From assembly GCA_963789265.1 (NCBI GenBank), contig CAWBKB010000001.1:1376001-1440000 (forward strand): 64,000 bases of DNA, given 5' to 3'. This DNA comes from an uncultured delta proteobacterium (GTDB lineage: Bacteria; Desulfobacterota; Desulfomonilia; Desulfomonilales; Desulfomonilaceae). Below the pieces are notes generated by a model. It made no database searches. It saw only the letters and a list, made by a program, of their open reading frames with translations, and was not told the origin of the DNA. Positions 31,874 through 42,976 of this stretch are shown piece by piece. The number at the start of each line of letters is the position of its first letter. The first letter of the stretch is position 1. Position numbers and translations under genes: made by a program.

Positions 31874-34033
31874 ACGAGATCGTAAACTTAAGCCGTCGCT
31901 CCTTCCTGAAGGCAGCAGCAGTGGGCGGAGGATTGGTGCTCGGGTTTTATGTGCCGGGCCTGAAAGGTCGTGCATGGCTCATGGCCGCCGAGAACGTTCC
32001 TTTTAACCCCAATGCCTTCGTCCACATAGGGACCGATAATTCGGTAACCATCATAGTGAACAAATCCGAAATGGGTCAGGGGGTGTATACGTCGCTGCCC
32101 ATGCTTGTTGCCGAAGAGCTTGAGTGCGACTGGAGGAGCGTGCACGTCAAAGCCGCGCCTGTCGCTGCCATTTATAATAATCCGGAGACGCGTGTGCAAA
32201 TGACCGGCGGCAGCATGAGCGTCATGACCGAGTGGGTGCGCATGCGTCAAGTAGGCGCAGCCGCACGTGAGATGCTCATTGCCGCGGCAGCCGATCAATG
32301 GAAGGTGGATCCGGCAAGCTGCCGGGCCGAGAAGGGTAGGGTTGTTAACAAAAGTGGAAAGGCTCTCGCTTACGGACAGCTCGCAGAAAAGGCAGCGAGC
32401 ATGCCAGTCCCCAGTAAAGTCAAACTGAAAGACCCCTCGAATTTTACAATTATCGGCAAACCCACACCGCGACTCGACACACCGGCGAAGGTAGACGGCA
32501 AAGCCATTTTCGGTTCGGATGTGTCACTCCCGGGGATGCTCGTAGCCCTGGTAGCCCGTCCTCCGGTTTTCGGAGGCAAGGCCAAACGCTTTGACAGTGA
32601 AAAGGCCAAAGCTGTGCCGGGCGTAAAAGAGGTCGTTCCCGTCGAATCCGGGATCGCGGTGATAGCGGACGGCTTCTGGTCCGCGAAGAGAGGAAGGGAC
32701 GCGCTCGACATCGAGTGGGATGAAGGACCGGGCGCGGCCCTGTCAACCGAGAGCTTGCGCAACCAGTACGCTCAACTCTCCAAGAGCCCTGGTATCCCGG
32801 CAAGAAAAGAAGGTGATGCCGGTAAGGCATTGAAGAAGGCCGGAACGCGGCTGACGGCAGAGTACGAGGTCCCTTACTTAGCTCATGCTTGCATGGAGCC
32901 GCTCAATTGCGTCGTAGATCTCCGAGAGGATAGTTGTCAGATTCGGGTCGGCACGCAGGGACAGACACTTGATCGTGCGTCCACAGCCAAAATTGTCGGA
33001 TTAAAACCGGAGCAAGTCGCCATTCATACGACTTATCTTGGAGGCGGATTCGGTCGCCGTGGAAATCCGCATTCCGACTTCGTATCAGAAGCGGCACAAA
33101 TAGCGAAGGCGGTCAGAAAGCCGATCAAAGTGATCTGGACGCGGGAAGACGACATGAAAGGGGGATATTATCGGCCCTTCTGGTACGACCGAATAAGCGG
33201 CGGTCTCGACAAGAATGGTAAACTCGTCGCCTGGCATCACACGATTGTCGGGCAGTCAATTATGCAAGGAACGGTTAATGCTCAACGCATGATAAAGAAC
33301 GGCATAGATGCCTCCTCTGTGGAAGGCGCACAGCAAGTGCCTTACGAGATTCCGAACATCTTTGTCGGCCTACACAGTCCCGTAATCGGAGTGCCGGTTC
33401 AGTGGTGGCGGTCCGTCGGTCATTCCCATACCGCCTTTGTCGTGGAAGGCTTCATGGACGAATTGGCGCACGCGGCCCGCGTCGATCCATATCAGTTCCG
33501 TCGGCATTACCTCGCTAATCATCCGCGCTATCGAGCGGTCCTTGATCTCGCTGCGAAAAAGGCGGTTCTGGGGAACCCCGTTGCCCGCAGGCCACGCTCA
33601 AGGCATCGCCCTGGCTCAGTCATTCAAAAGTTTTGTCGCCCAGGTAGCGGAAGTCTCGGTAGAACCGTCCGGAACTGTCAATGTTCACAAGGTCGTCTGC
33701 GCCGTAGATTGCGGCAGAGCGGTGAATCCTTCCACTGTCGAGGCACAGATGCAGAGCGGAATTGTCTATGGTCTTTCCGCTGCCCTCTACGGAGCGATCA
33801 CCATCAAGAATGGCCGAGTGGTGCAGTCCAATTTCAACGATTACCCGGTTCTGCGTATGGATAGTATGCCGGTCATAGAGGTTCATATCATTGAGAGCAC
33901 GGAACATCCAACCGGAGTTGGAGAGCCGGGGGTGCCTCCCATAGCGCCCGCGGTTACAAACGCCATTTTTGCCGCTACCGGCAAGAGGGTCAGACGCCTG
34001 CCCATCGACACGGAACAATTAAAGAAGGTGTGA
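31870..34033 (+). CDS. iorB: Molybdopterin subunit, isoquinoline 1-oxidoreductase beta family (frameshift near 33565)
   Basis: Tat motif SRRSFLK; EMGQG, TGGS, AHACMEP, GGGFGRR, WWRSVG, GVGEPG. Confidence 0.88.
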
Positions 34034-34068
34034 TGCGTGAAAACCCGGCCGTTAGAGGAGGGATTGTC

Positions 34069-34797
34069 ATGAAATTTAAGCTGCACAAACTATATCTCGC
34101 AAGAATCGTGCTTGTAGCGGGGGCATTGGTCCTATTCACCTGTTTTGCAATACTTGCCGGTCATTTCTTCAAGGGGAAAATCGTATCCTGGCTCACTTCC
34201 CCTTTCTCTCAGATCGGGGTTGCTCATGCGGCTGGGAATGCTGATCCGGAAGCTTCGGCAAAAGCATTTCTCGCTGCCTACAAAGTGTTCCAAAGCCCTC
34301 GCTGCGTCAACTGTCACCCGTCTGGTGCCAGACCTTTGCAGGGAGACCGGGAAAGAGTTCATCTCATGCACGTGGTTCGCGGACCGGAAGGAATGGGAAA
34401 GAACGGAGTGTGGTGCAGCACATGCCACCAGGTCACAAATCTGCCGGGAAAGGATATGCCGCCGGGTGCTCCGGGATGGCAGCTACCGACGGCAGATATG
34501 CCCATGGTTTTTCAGGGAAAAACACCTCGGCAGTTGTGCAAGCATCTCTTGGACCCGGCGCAAAACGGCCATAGAAGCCCGAAAGAAATTATCGAGCACG
34601 TGCGGGACTCGCCTCTGGTCATTTGGGGCTGGCACCCGGGAGGAGGACGGACGGCCGCTCCGCTGACTCATGACGAATTCGTGAAGCTGATCGCGGAATG
34701 GGTTGAGAAGGGCCAGGCATGTCCGAAGTTGGAGCACAATCTCTCAGCTAGAGAATGCGGAAGATTGTCATTGCGAGCGGAGCGAAGCAATCCCTGA
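34069..34797 (+). CDS. Membrane-anchored diheme cytochrome c
   Basis: PRCVNCHP and CSTCHQ, PPGAPGW; N-terminal TM; follows iorB. Confidence 0.8.
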   Translation: MKFKLHKLYLARIVLVAGALVLFTCFAILAGHFFKGKIVSWLTSPFSQIGVAHAAGNADPEASAKAFLAAYKVFQSPRCVNCHPSGARPLQGDRERVHLMHVVRGPEGMGKNGVWCSTCHQVTNLPGKDMPPGAPGWQLPTADMPMVFQGKTPRQLCKHLLDPAQNGHRSPKEIIEHVRDSPLVIWGWHPGGGRTAAPLTHDEFVKLIAEWVEKGQACPKLEHNLSARECGRLSLRAERSNP

Positions 34798-34890
34798 GTC
34801 GGTGGAGGTGGGCATCTTGCCCGCCACTAAAAATTGACAGGCAGGATGCCTGTCCCACCAGTAATCCCGATGTGAAGGGAGGAGTGGTTC

Positions 34891-37306
34891 GTGAGAAGAA
34901 GTCCTAGTCTGGCGGTTTTGTCGGCACTGATGATGGCAGGGATCATGTGCGGTGTCGGAGCGACGAACAATGCCAAACCATACGACGGAAGCCCGCCGTT
35001 CGGACTGGGCAAACTTCAACCGATTACCTTCAAGCCGGAACATGCCGGGGTAGGGGAGACCACTATCTACGGCCCGAAAAAACCATACAACATATTCATC
35101 AATTATGAACTGGGCATGCACTGCGTTGGTTTCGACATATCCTACTGCTGCATCATCCCTCCCTATAACAGCGTACAGGCTCAGGCGGTACGGTCCGCGT
35201 CCGGTTCCGACGGGAAGCCGGTTCTCCTGTCGCCAGGCAATGAGGTGCAACTTCATTATGCCATCAAGGACAACTCCTATAGCGAAGGCAATAAAATGAA
35301 GTACTGGGCTGTGCCCAAGGATGCCAGCGGAGCCGGAACCATGGCTAACCCCGACGACAACATGGCCAATTACGTGTGGAACCATCTATTCATCTATAAG
35401 GATTTGCAAGGGACCCTGCCTGACAACCCTCAGAAGGCCCAACGGCGCTATGTCGGTAAGCAAATACCGGTCAATATCGACTCGGGCCCAACAGGTAGGG
35501 GCGTTGCCGGGGGGTACATGGACTATGCAAGAGAAAAAGGAGGCAATATCGTCTTCACTGATTCCATGCTGCCCGAGCTAAAGAATGTTCCGCTGGTGTT
35601 AACCGCATCTTACCTCTGGGATGCTTTGGGCCTTCCTCGGACCGCGTTCAACGACAGCAGGCGGCGAGGGAGTATAAGAAACCATAACGGATGTCGATTT
35701 CCAGCCATTTCAATATGCATTGGTTCGACTGGTGGACAACAAGGAGCAATCCGTGCTGGGAAACGGCAAACCCGTGGAGTTTTTCGGAACCGAGCCCATA
35801 GACATTTCGATCTGTTCCACCTGCCACTCCGGCCAGGGAATTGCGGCCAATCTGGCAAGGGGTGCGGGAATGTCGCTCTTTGATAAGGAGTATCTCTATT
35901 GGAAGACGAAGTACCATGACACCAGTGAGTACATCGCACGCCAGTCATCGGCTTCGATCCTTGTTCTCGAACTCCATGACAAGCTCCACAAAACACATTT
36001 CCTAAAAGACTATGACCCGAACGCATCATCGAACCGGCTCGGAAAGGTGGGACCTGTCCACTGCGCGGACTGTCACGGTGATAACATGTCAGGAGTTTTG
36101 CAATCACCGAGACCCAGTGCAACCGGATACCCGGGACTGAGAGCCAAGCCTCTAACTGAGGCAGTCCATGCCGCGCACGCTCGATTCATATGTATGCCCG
36201 ACAAAGCCGGACGAACCCAGAGCTGCCAGGCGTGTCATCCAAGCCACTGGCAGAACCCGAAGATGAACAATTTTCGGACAAACCCATATCAGATAGCCGA
36301 TAGCCTGGGCAATCCTCGGTTTTCTTCTGTAGACCTAAGGGTAGCGGGTGGAGGCTGCTATTTGCGTAGGGATGCTCACTCCAACCCTCACGTGAAACCG
36401 CCATTTTTTCTGAATGATATAGGCAAATGGTACCTGCATGAAGTGAGCATGCGGGACGCGTCGGGCAGCAGGATCGATGAGATAAGAGGTTTGTACTGCA
36501 CGAATTGTCACAACAACCTGTCCGATGAGCTTTACAGGTACGACGATCTCAAAGACGCAGCCGCTCAGAAGGGCAAGACCCTCAGGAACAAGCCGGTAGC
36601 GGAGGTCATCCAAGCGGTTGCCCAGGGAGATGAAAAGAAGTTCAAGAACTTGTTTGCCGATCCTATCGTTGGGGTCCAGGGTGAGCCGCTCTACCGGTAC
36701 TTTGCCCGCCATAAGACAGGTCCGCTAGCCCGCACGGTAAAAGGAGCAGGTGGCAAGGTGGAACTGTTGCCCTGGAACGGGCACAAAGGGGACGTAATCA
36801 CCTATTCAGACGCAGCAGCCGGCAAGGATTGGTGGCTCTCACCCGGAGAGCCTCATTGTGCTAACTGCCACATTGCCCCATTCGTGGAAAGCGAGGGAGG
36901 CAAATATTCCCCCATAGACCAACCTGGCAAGTATTCGTTATATCGGTACTCCAAAGCCCACGGGGCGCTCGCGTGCCAAACGTGCCACCAGTCAATGCAC
37001 GGCTTGTACCCCGTCAGATATGATGGTCCGGTTAAAACCGTCGATCTAACGTCTCGCGAGCAAGCATTGCAGTTCAGCCCGGATGGCGTCTACACCGGGC
37101 CAGTTACGTGCGCAGCCTGTCACGCAGTAAATGGCAAAGGAGTGCCGACGATCCTCAAAGGGACCCATTATTATGGCGATTATTGGGCATCGGTGGTCCT
37201 TATCCATTTCATGCGAGAAAAGGACCGAAAATTGTCGACTGAGGAACTCTTAAAGAAATTCCCTTACGAAAAGGCAAACGAAATCGTGAAAGCCGGATGG
37301 AAATAG
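34891..37306 (+). CDS. Large multiheme cytochrome c, 7 CxxCH (frameshift near 35680)
   Basis: Signal peptide; ELGMHC..CCIIPPYN domain; CSTCH, CADCH, CQACH, CTNCH, CANCH, CQTCH, CAACH. Confidence 0.8.
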
Positions 37307-37342
37307 CGAAGGCACTCTCGATTTCTTTGGAGGAAAAAGGGG

Positions 37343-37404
37343 TCAAGTCTGCTCTTGACTCATATCAAGCTACGTTTCGACGTATCGCCTGCACTGATGA
37401 GTCA
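37343..37404 (+). repeat. 62-bp direct repeat, left copy
   Basis: Identical to 38917-38978. Confidence 0.95.
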
Positions 37405-37554
37405 CCCATTAAAAGGCCCTCTGTCAAGGGAAAAGACTCTCCTGTAGCAAGGAAAGAATCGTTTCCTTGCTGAGGGTACGGCCGTGTTTCGCACAGCGTC
37501 CGTCAGCGCCTGCTCTTCGCCTTTGCCGGTATTTCGCTCAGGTGGTGTCGGTAG

Positions 37555-37820
37555 TTTTCCTCACCGCACCAGTCACCCATCAGGATCAAGGCCCAAACCT
37601 TAGAGGTCCTGCCCCTTCCGCTTATTGCGGACCAGAAAATCTTCGGTTCCATGCTGTGTCCAAGAGGAATAGGACAAATCTCATGGTTTTGAACCAACCC
37701 TTTAGTGGCTCACAGCATGGGCGGCAAAGAGTCCGGCTCCCCGGATCTGTGGGGTAGGCGGCTGCCCAATCAAATCTGGTGGTTTTTCCAACCCCTACTC
37801 AGGGTCGCCGCCTACGCCAG
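37555..37820 (-). ncRNA. Candidate bridge/seek RNA
   Basis: Stem-loops 37754-37815 and 37649-37720; loop segments match the target (CAGATTTGA vs CAGACTTGA) and the element end (ATGGGTGA). Confidence 0.65.
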
Positions 37821-37824
37821 TCGT

Positions 37825-38844
37825 CTAACCAATAAGCCTCTTGTTGTCAAAGGGAACTTGGTCCCTCATGATATAATACGCCGCTCGTGCCAGTTTGTGG
37901 CCCAGCGCGGCGTGAGCGCACATACGGTTGGTCCTGGATACCTTCCGATCGAACCAGGCTCTGATTGCCGGATCAAAGCGCCGGGCGAGTTCCGAAGCTT
38001 CGGAAAAGGCCCATGCCAAGTACTTGTTGCCATTCTTCTTGTTACCTGTTCCCTTGCTCTTCCCGTTGCTGGTCCAGCGAGTCGGAACCTTTCTGCAATA
38101 GGACGCATAGTTCCCCGCAGCCTGAAAACGACTTATGGGGCCTGTTTCAAGCATGATGGTGAGCGACAGGATAACCCCCACGCCGGAGATGGTCGTCAGG
38201 CAAGCATATTCCTTCTTCAATTCGATTTTCCCTTGAACCTTCTTTTCAACCTTCTTGATTTGTCGCGTGAGGAAATCTATGCTCTGCTTGCTCACCTGGC
38301 CGGTCAGAGCCAGGTTCTCGTCCTGCTCCAAGAGCGGTGAAACAAGATCATTAGTCAGTTGTTTTATCTTGGCGGCCCCAATCTTCACGCCCATACTACG
38401 AGCGAGGATATTTTGCAGGCTGTTAATAAGTGAGGTTCTCAGCTTGACCAGATGCATCCGTTTGCGTAGCAGGTCTCTCACCGGGCGCTCTTCCCGTGGA
38501 TATATATATCCCTCAGGTAGAATGCCTAAGCGTAACATTTCCGCCAACCAAAATGCATCGCTATTGTCATCGGAATGTTTCATTCCACTGTATTTTTGTA
38601 TAGCGGTAGGATTGGCCAAATGCACTCGGTATCCCGCTTCCATCATCGCATCCACAACCCAGTACCAGTTGAAGGTGGATTCCACTGCTATGCCTTGCAT
38701 ACCTTCCTTGTAAGGTTCAAGGGCATTCAAGAGAACAGCCGAATCATTAACAAGCCTCCTGTTGAACACCCTCTTTCCTTCTCGCTCTACCACCGCCAGA
38801 TAACTGTTGCTTGCATGAAGATCAAGCGCCGCATATACTTCCAT
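37825..38844 (-). CDS. IS110 family transposase/recombinase
   Basis: ALDLH, VESTFNW, KHSDDNSDA, ISGVG, SNGK, GNKYLAWAFSE. Confidence 0.95.
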   Translation of the reverse strand: MEVYAALDLHASNSYLAVVEREGKRVFNRRLVNDSAVLLNALEPYKEGMQGIAVESTFNWYWVVDAMMEAGYRVHLANPTAIQKYSGMKHSDDNSDAFWLAEMLRLGILPEGYIYPREERPVRDLLRKRMHLVKLRTSLINSLQNILARSMGVKIGAAKIKQLTNDLVSPLLEQDENLALTGQVSKQSIDFLTRQIKKVEKKVQGKIELKKEYACLTTISGVGVILSLTIMLETGPISRFQAAGNYASYCRKVPTRWTSNGKSKGTGNKKNGNKYLAWAFSEASELARRFDPAIRAWFDRKVSRTNRMCAHAALGHKLARAAYYIMRDQVPFDNKRLIG

Positions 38845-38916
38845 CGGGCACCTCCTACGGTTAATGGCAAGTCGGGGATACCACATTCCCGACTCAGAGG
38901 TGCCTTTTTGTGATTA

Positions 38917-38998
38917 TCAAGTCTGCTCTTGACTCATATCAAGCTACGTTTCGACGTATCGCCTGCACTGATGAGTCAAGAGCAGACTTGACCCCTTT
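38917..38998. repeat. 62-bp direct repeat, right copy, completing the REP-like hairpin target
   Basis: TCAAGTCTGCTCTTGACTCAT ... ATGAGTCAAGAGCAGACTTGACCCC. Confidence 0.9.
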
Positions 38999-39029
38999 CT
39001 GACCTTTCCCTCCACTTTGACATTTTAGA

Positions 39030-40373
39030 TCATCTGGGCATTAACGACTCTATGGCACTACTCAGCCGACGATCGCTCTTCCGCAACATCCGTCGGTCCA
39101 GTCTGCCTTGTTGGTCAGCTTTCAGCAGAGCGTACATTATGCGGTAATACTGGTCCGGGTCCCAACTGACCAAAATCAAATCTACTCCCGAGTTTAATGC
39201 TTCGATGCTCCCGTCGTCCATACCATCGCGGCTGCGGTAAACTGCCATCATGCTGAAGTTGTCGGTGATCAACACGCCGTCGTACTGCCAGTCATCCCGC
39301 AAAAGGCCGGAGATCACCGCAGGAGACATGGAGGCAGGGCGTTTACTATCTATCGCAGTCAATTTTACGTGAGCCAGCATGGTGAAGGCTTTACCATCAC
39401 GCATAAGCGCCCGGAAAGGCACCCAGTCAGTTTTTGTCAGTTCAGTCAGGGAAGTCGCCAGGTTTGCAGGATGGAGATGGGTGTCGCCTGACACTCGGCC
39501 CAAGCCGGGAAAATGTTTGAGCGTGCAATGCACGCCCGCATCTTCCAGGGCGGCGCAATACCAGGCCGCGACCTGGGCCACGACCGCGGGGTCAGCCGAG
39601 ATAGCCCGCTCATAGATGCGTGTGTACCGATCGCCTGGATTCTTCACGTGATGATTGATGTCAACCACTGGCGCGAAATTCAGGTTAACTCCGACTTCGG
39701 CCAGTTCTCGCGCCTGCTCAGCAGCCAAGTCTCGAACCGCTTGTTGCAGTCGGTTCTTGTCCGAATATCGGGCCACCAGTTCCGAAAGTGCGGGAAGCCG
39801 AGTCAGCGGCGGGGACAATCTTGAGACAGGTCCGCCTTCCTGGTCCGTGGCGATCCACAGAGGCGGGAGGTTCTGTTCTTGTCGAATTTGTTGCAGGCTT
39901 TTGATTTGTCTGGCGATCTCGGCAATGCTCTTACCGCGAGCATTGCTGCCCGAAATGAAAACACCCACGACGGCGCGAAGGCTGACAAGTTTCCCAACTT
40001 CCGCGAGGCTCCGATAACCGACGATGAAATGCCGGCCCAATCTTTCCAGTCGGACGGGATTCGCGTGGAGCACCTGGTAGCGATCCCAGTGAAAGCGAGC
40101 TTCCAGAGCTAGAGTAGCTGTCAAAACCAGAGCTGCCGCGAGCAGTCCCAGCTCAGTCAACACCCTGAGAACCTGTTGCTCCGGCCGGGAAGTTATCAAA
40201 AGCCGCAATTCGGCAAGGATCACACCTAGAGGTACGACGATTAGTCCCAGGAGCGCCCAGGGTCTGACTTCCGCGAGAAAAGGGGAGCGCCAGTCCCACG
40301 CAAAAGGGACCAGAGCAAGTGCTATCAGGAGCAGCAAAGCAGCAAGCGGGAATTTCACGGTTCTAGAGGTCAT
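39030..40373 (-). CDS. GH3 N-terminal domain glycoside hydrolase (NagZ-like) with N-terminal TMs
   Basis: ATDQEGG, NFAPVVD, KHFPGLG..DTH, ITD; upstream GTG at 40436 lies inside a repeat, so 40373 is preferred. Confidence 0.85.
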   Translation of the reverse strand: MTSRTVKFPLAALLLLIALALVPFAWDWRSPFLAEVRPWALLGLIVVPLGVILAELRLLITSRPEQQVLRVLTELGLLAAALVLTATLALEARFHWDRYQVLHANPVRLERLGRHFIVGYRSLAEVGKLVSLRAVVGVFISGSNARGKSIAEIARQIKSLQQIRQEQNLPPLWIATDQEGGPVSRLSPPLTRLPALSELVARYSDKNRLQQAVRDLAAEQARELAEVGVNLNFAPVVDINHHVKNPGDRYTRIYERAISADPAVVAQVAAWYCAALEDAGVHCTLKHFPGLGRVSGDTHLHPANLATSLTELTKTDWVPFRALMRDGKAFTMLAHVKLTAIDSKRPASMSPAVISGLLRDDWQYDGVLITDNFSMMAVYRSRDGMDDGSIEALNSGVDLILVSWDPDQYYRIMYALLKADQQGRLDRRMLRKSDRRLSSAIESLMPR

Positions 40374-40429
40374 GACTTTTACTCTGCGTGCTTCCAGGAA
40401 CTCAGCCGCGAGCCTCCAATCCCGGTGAT

Positions 40430-40629
40430 CATTCACTTATGAGAGGTATTTCTGTCACCTGTCATTGCGAGGAGTTCATGGTGGGACAGGCTTCCAGGCT
40501 GTCTATTAGGGATGACGGGCAAGATGCCCGTCCCACCGGCAATCTAAACGGCGTTAAAAGGAAAAGATTACTTCGTCCCGCGAGACGCAGGACTTGCAAT
40601 GACAATCTTTTGCCGCACGCAAGTGAATG
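40430..40629 (+). mobile_element. About 200-bp composite MITE-like repeat, copy 1
   Basis: Near-identical inverted copy at ~51997-52192; ends CATTCACTT / AAGTGAATG; internal TGTCATTGCGAG..GCAATGACA and REP doublet. Confidence 0.8.
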
Positions 40630-40647
40630 CCGACTCTTGAATCGCGC

Positions 40648-41160
40648 CTATCGCGCATCGAGGAGCACTCCCATTAGTAGCGCGGGTTCAGTGCCGTAGT
40701 TGAGCCAATAGTGATTGGTACCGCGCTGCACGCCCACATCGAAAGGATTCAACTCGACCTGATCCGCGTCCAGCAAAAGAGTCACCCGGCCTTTAAGCAC
40801 CACGACATAATCGATTGTCGAGGTGGTGTGCATCATGGGATTGCGCCGTGTGTCCACACGACAATGGTTTGCTCCAACTGCTGCAAAGGCTTCAGCCGCT
40901 GCTCGTTCCGCCTCGACGGGTGACATCGAAGGATCTTGAGGCGGGATTTCAAAGAAACGAAAAATTGTCCCTCCCGGAGGCGGCTCAAGACTGAAGTGGC
41001 TCGATGACGCATCTTCGTCCGTCAAGGAAGCCGGACACTTGGTCGTTGTCCAGAAATCCGCGGACCCGAGAAGACCGGTCTCGACCTGATCGTCTTTCAC
41101 CACTACGGATTGCCCCTCCCTGTCGCGGCCTGTGACAACGCATCTGTATTTATTAGTCAT
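40648..41160 (-). CDS. Cupin domain protein
   Basis: MHTTSTIDY..VL.G, QRGTNH.W.N. Confidence 0.85.
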   Translation of the reverse strand: MTNKYRCVVTGRDREGQSVVVKDDQVETGLLGSADFWTTTKCPASLTDEDASSSHFSLEPPPGGTIFRFFEIPPQDPSMSPVEAERAAAEAFAAVGANHCRVDTRRNPMMHTTSTIDYVVVLKGRVTLLLDADQVELNPFDVGVQRGTNHYWLNYGTEPALLMGVLLDAR

Positions 41161-41264
41161 TGGGTTGTATCTCCTTTATAAGTCAATGCCTGGACGGCAG
41201 CGAAGGCCGGTTTCTCCACTTCTGATACTCGCTAACAAGTCCCTTTACGGAACTGCAAACCAGA

Positions 41265-42721
41265 TCATTTCGCGCCGTGGGCTTTGAGGAAGTCCACGAT
41301 CCTGTAATGTCCATTGGCCGAGGCCCAGTACAATGCCGTCAGGCCACGCCCGTCTATTGCATTAATGTCAGCTCCCTTTTCAAGGAGAAGCCTCACGACG
41401 TCGAGGCGACCATTCATGGAAGCTTTCATTAACTCCGTTAGGTCGTTGCTGTCCCTTGCGTTGCTGTCAGCTCCTTTATCCAGGAGTACCTTCGCCACGT
41501 CGAGATGGCCCTTATCCAAAGCCCACCACAACGCGGTCCAGCCCAATTCATTCCTCGCATTTACGTCAGCTCCCTTGTCTAGAAGCAATTTCACGATCTC
41601 TACATGACCTTTTTGGGCAGCGTTCCACAGGGCTGTACCACCACTCCTGGTCTTTGCATTGACGTCAGCGCCCTTGTCCAGAAGCAGCTTCGTCACTTCT
41701 AAATGACCCCCCAAGCGGCCGTCATAAGGGCTGTCCCACCGGCAAAGGTCTTTGCATTGACATCCGCTCCCTTTTCCAGCAACAGCCTGACTGCAACCAT
41801 ATTCCCAATCATGGAAGCTTTCATTAGCGGCGTCAGGTCACGACTATCTCTTGCGTTGATGTCAATTCCGTTGCTTAGAAACAAATCCACCACCTCGACG
41901 TGGCCGCCTAGGGCAGCTTTGGTGAGAGCCGTTTGGCCCCCCTTGGTCTCTGCGCGGACATCAGCGCCCTTCTCCAGAAGAAGTCTTGCCACCCTCACGT
42001 GACCCTTCACGGCAGGCCACATGAGGGCCGTATGCCCATCATTACTCTTTAGGTTGATGTTCGCTCCCCTTTTCAGGAGGAGTTTTGCGACTTCAAGACG
42101 GCCTTTGTCGGCGGCCCACATAAGCGCCGTCTGGCCTTTATTGTCTTCCGTATTTACATCGGCACCCTTATCCAGGAGCAGTTCTGCTATTCGCGTGTGA
42201 CCTTCCCCAGAAGACTGCATGAGAGCTGTACCACCATGCTTCCTCTCCTTTATATTGACATCAGCACCATTCTCCAGGAGCAGCTTGACCACTTTGAAGT
42301 AACCCTTCTCGGCAGCAGGCATGAGGGCGGTCCACCCACTCTTGGCCATTGAGTTGACATCGGCGCCCTTTTCCAGAAGTAATTTGGCCACTTCCAGGTG
42401 ACCTTCCACGCACGCGCCCAGCAAAGGCGTCTCCCCCCGCTTATCCTTCGAGTCGATGTCAGCTCCTCTCTCTAAAAGGAGCCTCACAGCTTCCAGATTG
42501 CCAGATGAAGCAGCCCGCATAAGTGCCGTATAGCCCTCACCGTCCTTTAAATTGACGTTAACCCCTTTGTCCAGAAGCGTCTGCACTTGTTTCGAGTCAC
42601 CTTTCGAGACCGCCTCTATCAGTGTCTCGCCCTTATCCGCGAAAACCGTCGAGGAAAGAATGATCAAAAGGACTAGTGGTACTGCTGAGATTGTGGCGAT
42701 TCGAAACCTCCGCATTATCAA
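41265..42721 (-). CDS. Secreted ankyrin-repeat protein, about 14 repeats (frameshift in C-run near 41710)
   Basis: Signal peptide; G.TAL..A...G...V.LLL.KGADVN repeats across two ORFs. Confidence 0.88.
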
Positions 42722-42976
42722 TCTTCCCCGCGACGACTGCCGGCCTAATGAGGTTGCTTACAGGATTCTCACAATTGATGGATGACGATACCAGTATCCG
42801 CCTGTGTTTCCAACGATGTCAAGAAACTTCTGTAGACACCTTGCTTGATTCTTGAATTGAGGGGGCAATCGAGTACGTGTCCCGAGAACTCCGACGCTTT
42901 CGTAATTGCTTTCCCCTCAGAAAAAGAATACTTTTGTGGCTATAAGCCAGCAGCCGGAAAAAGCAGGAGAGATCCC

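Larger units (their letters stand above)
37402..38919 (-). mobile_element. IS110 family element, IS1111-type
   Basis: DEDD recombinase; subterminal IRs AAAAGGC(A)CCTCT; TCA core at both junctions; about 420-bp 3' non-coding region. Confidence 0.9.

Noticed and set aside
37343..38998. CRISPR-like or prophage att interpretation of the 62-bp repeats
   Set aside because: Only two copies, no spacers, cas genes or integrase; explained by the IS110 context
41700..41714. Phase-variable poly-C tract in the ankyrin gene
   Set aside because: The run is only about 6 nt and matches the window-wide indel error pattern
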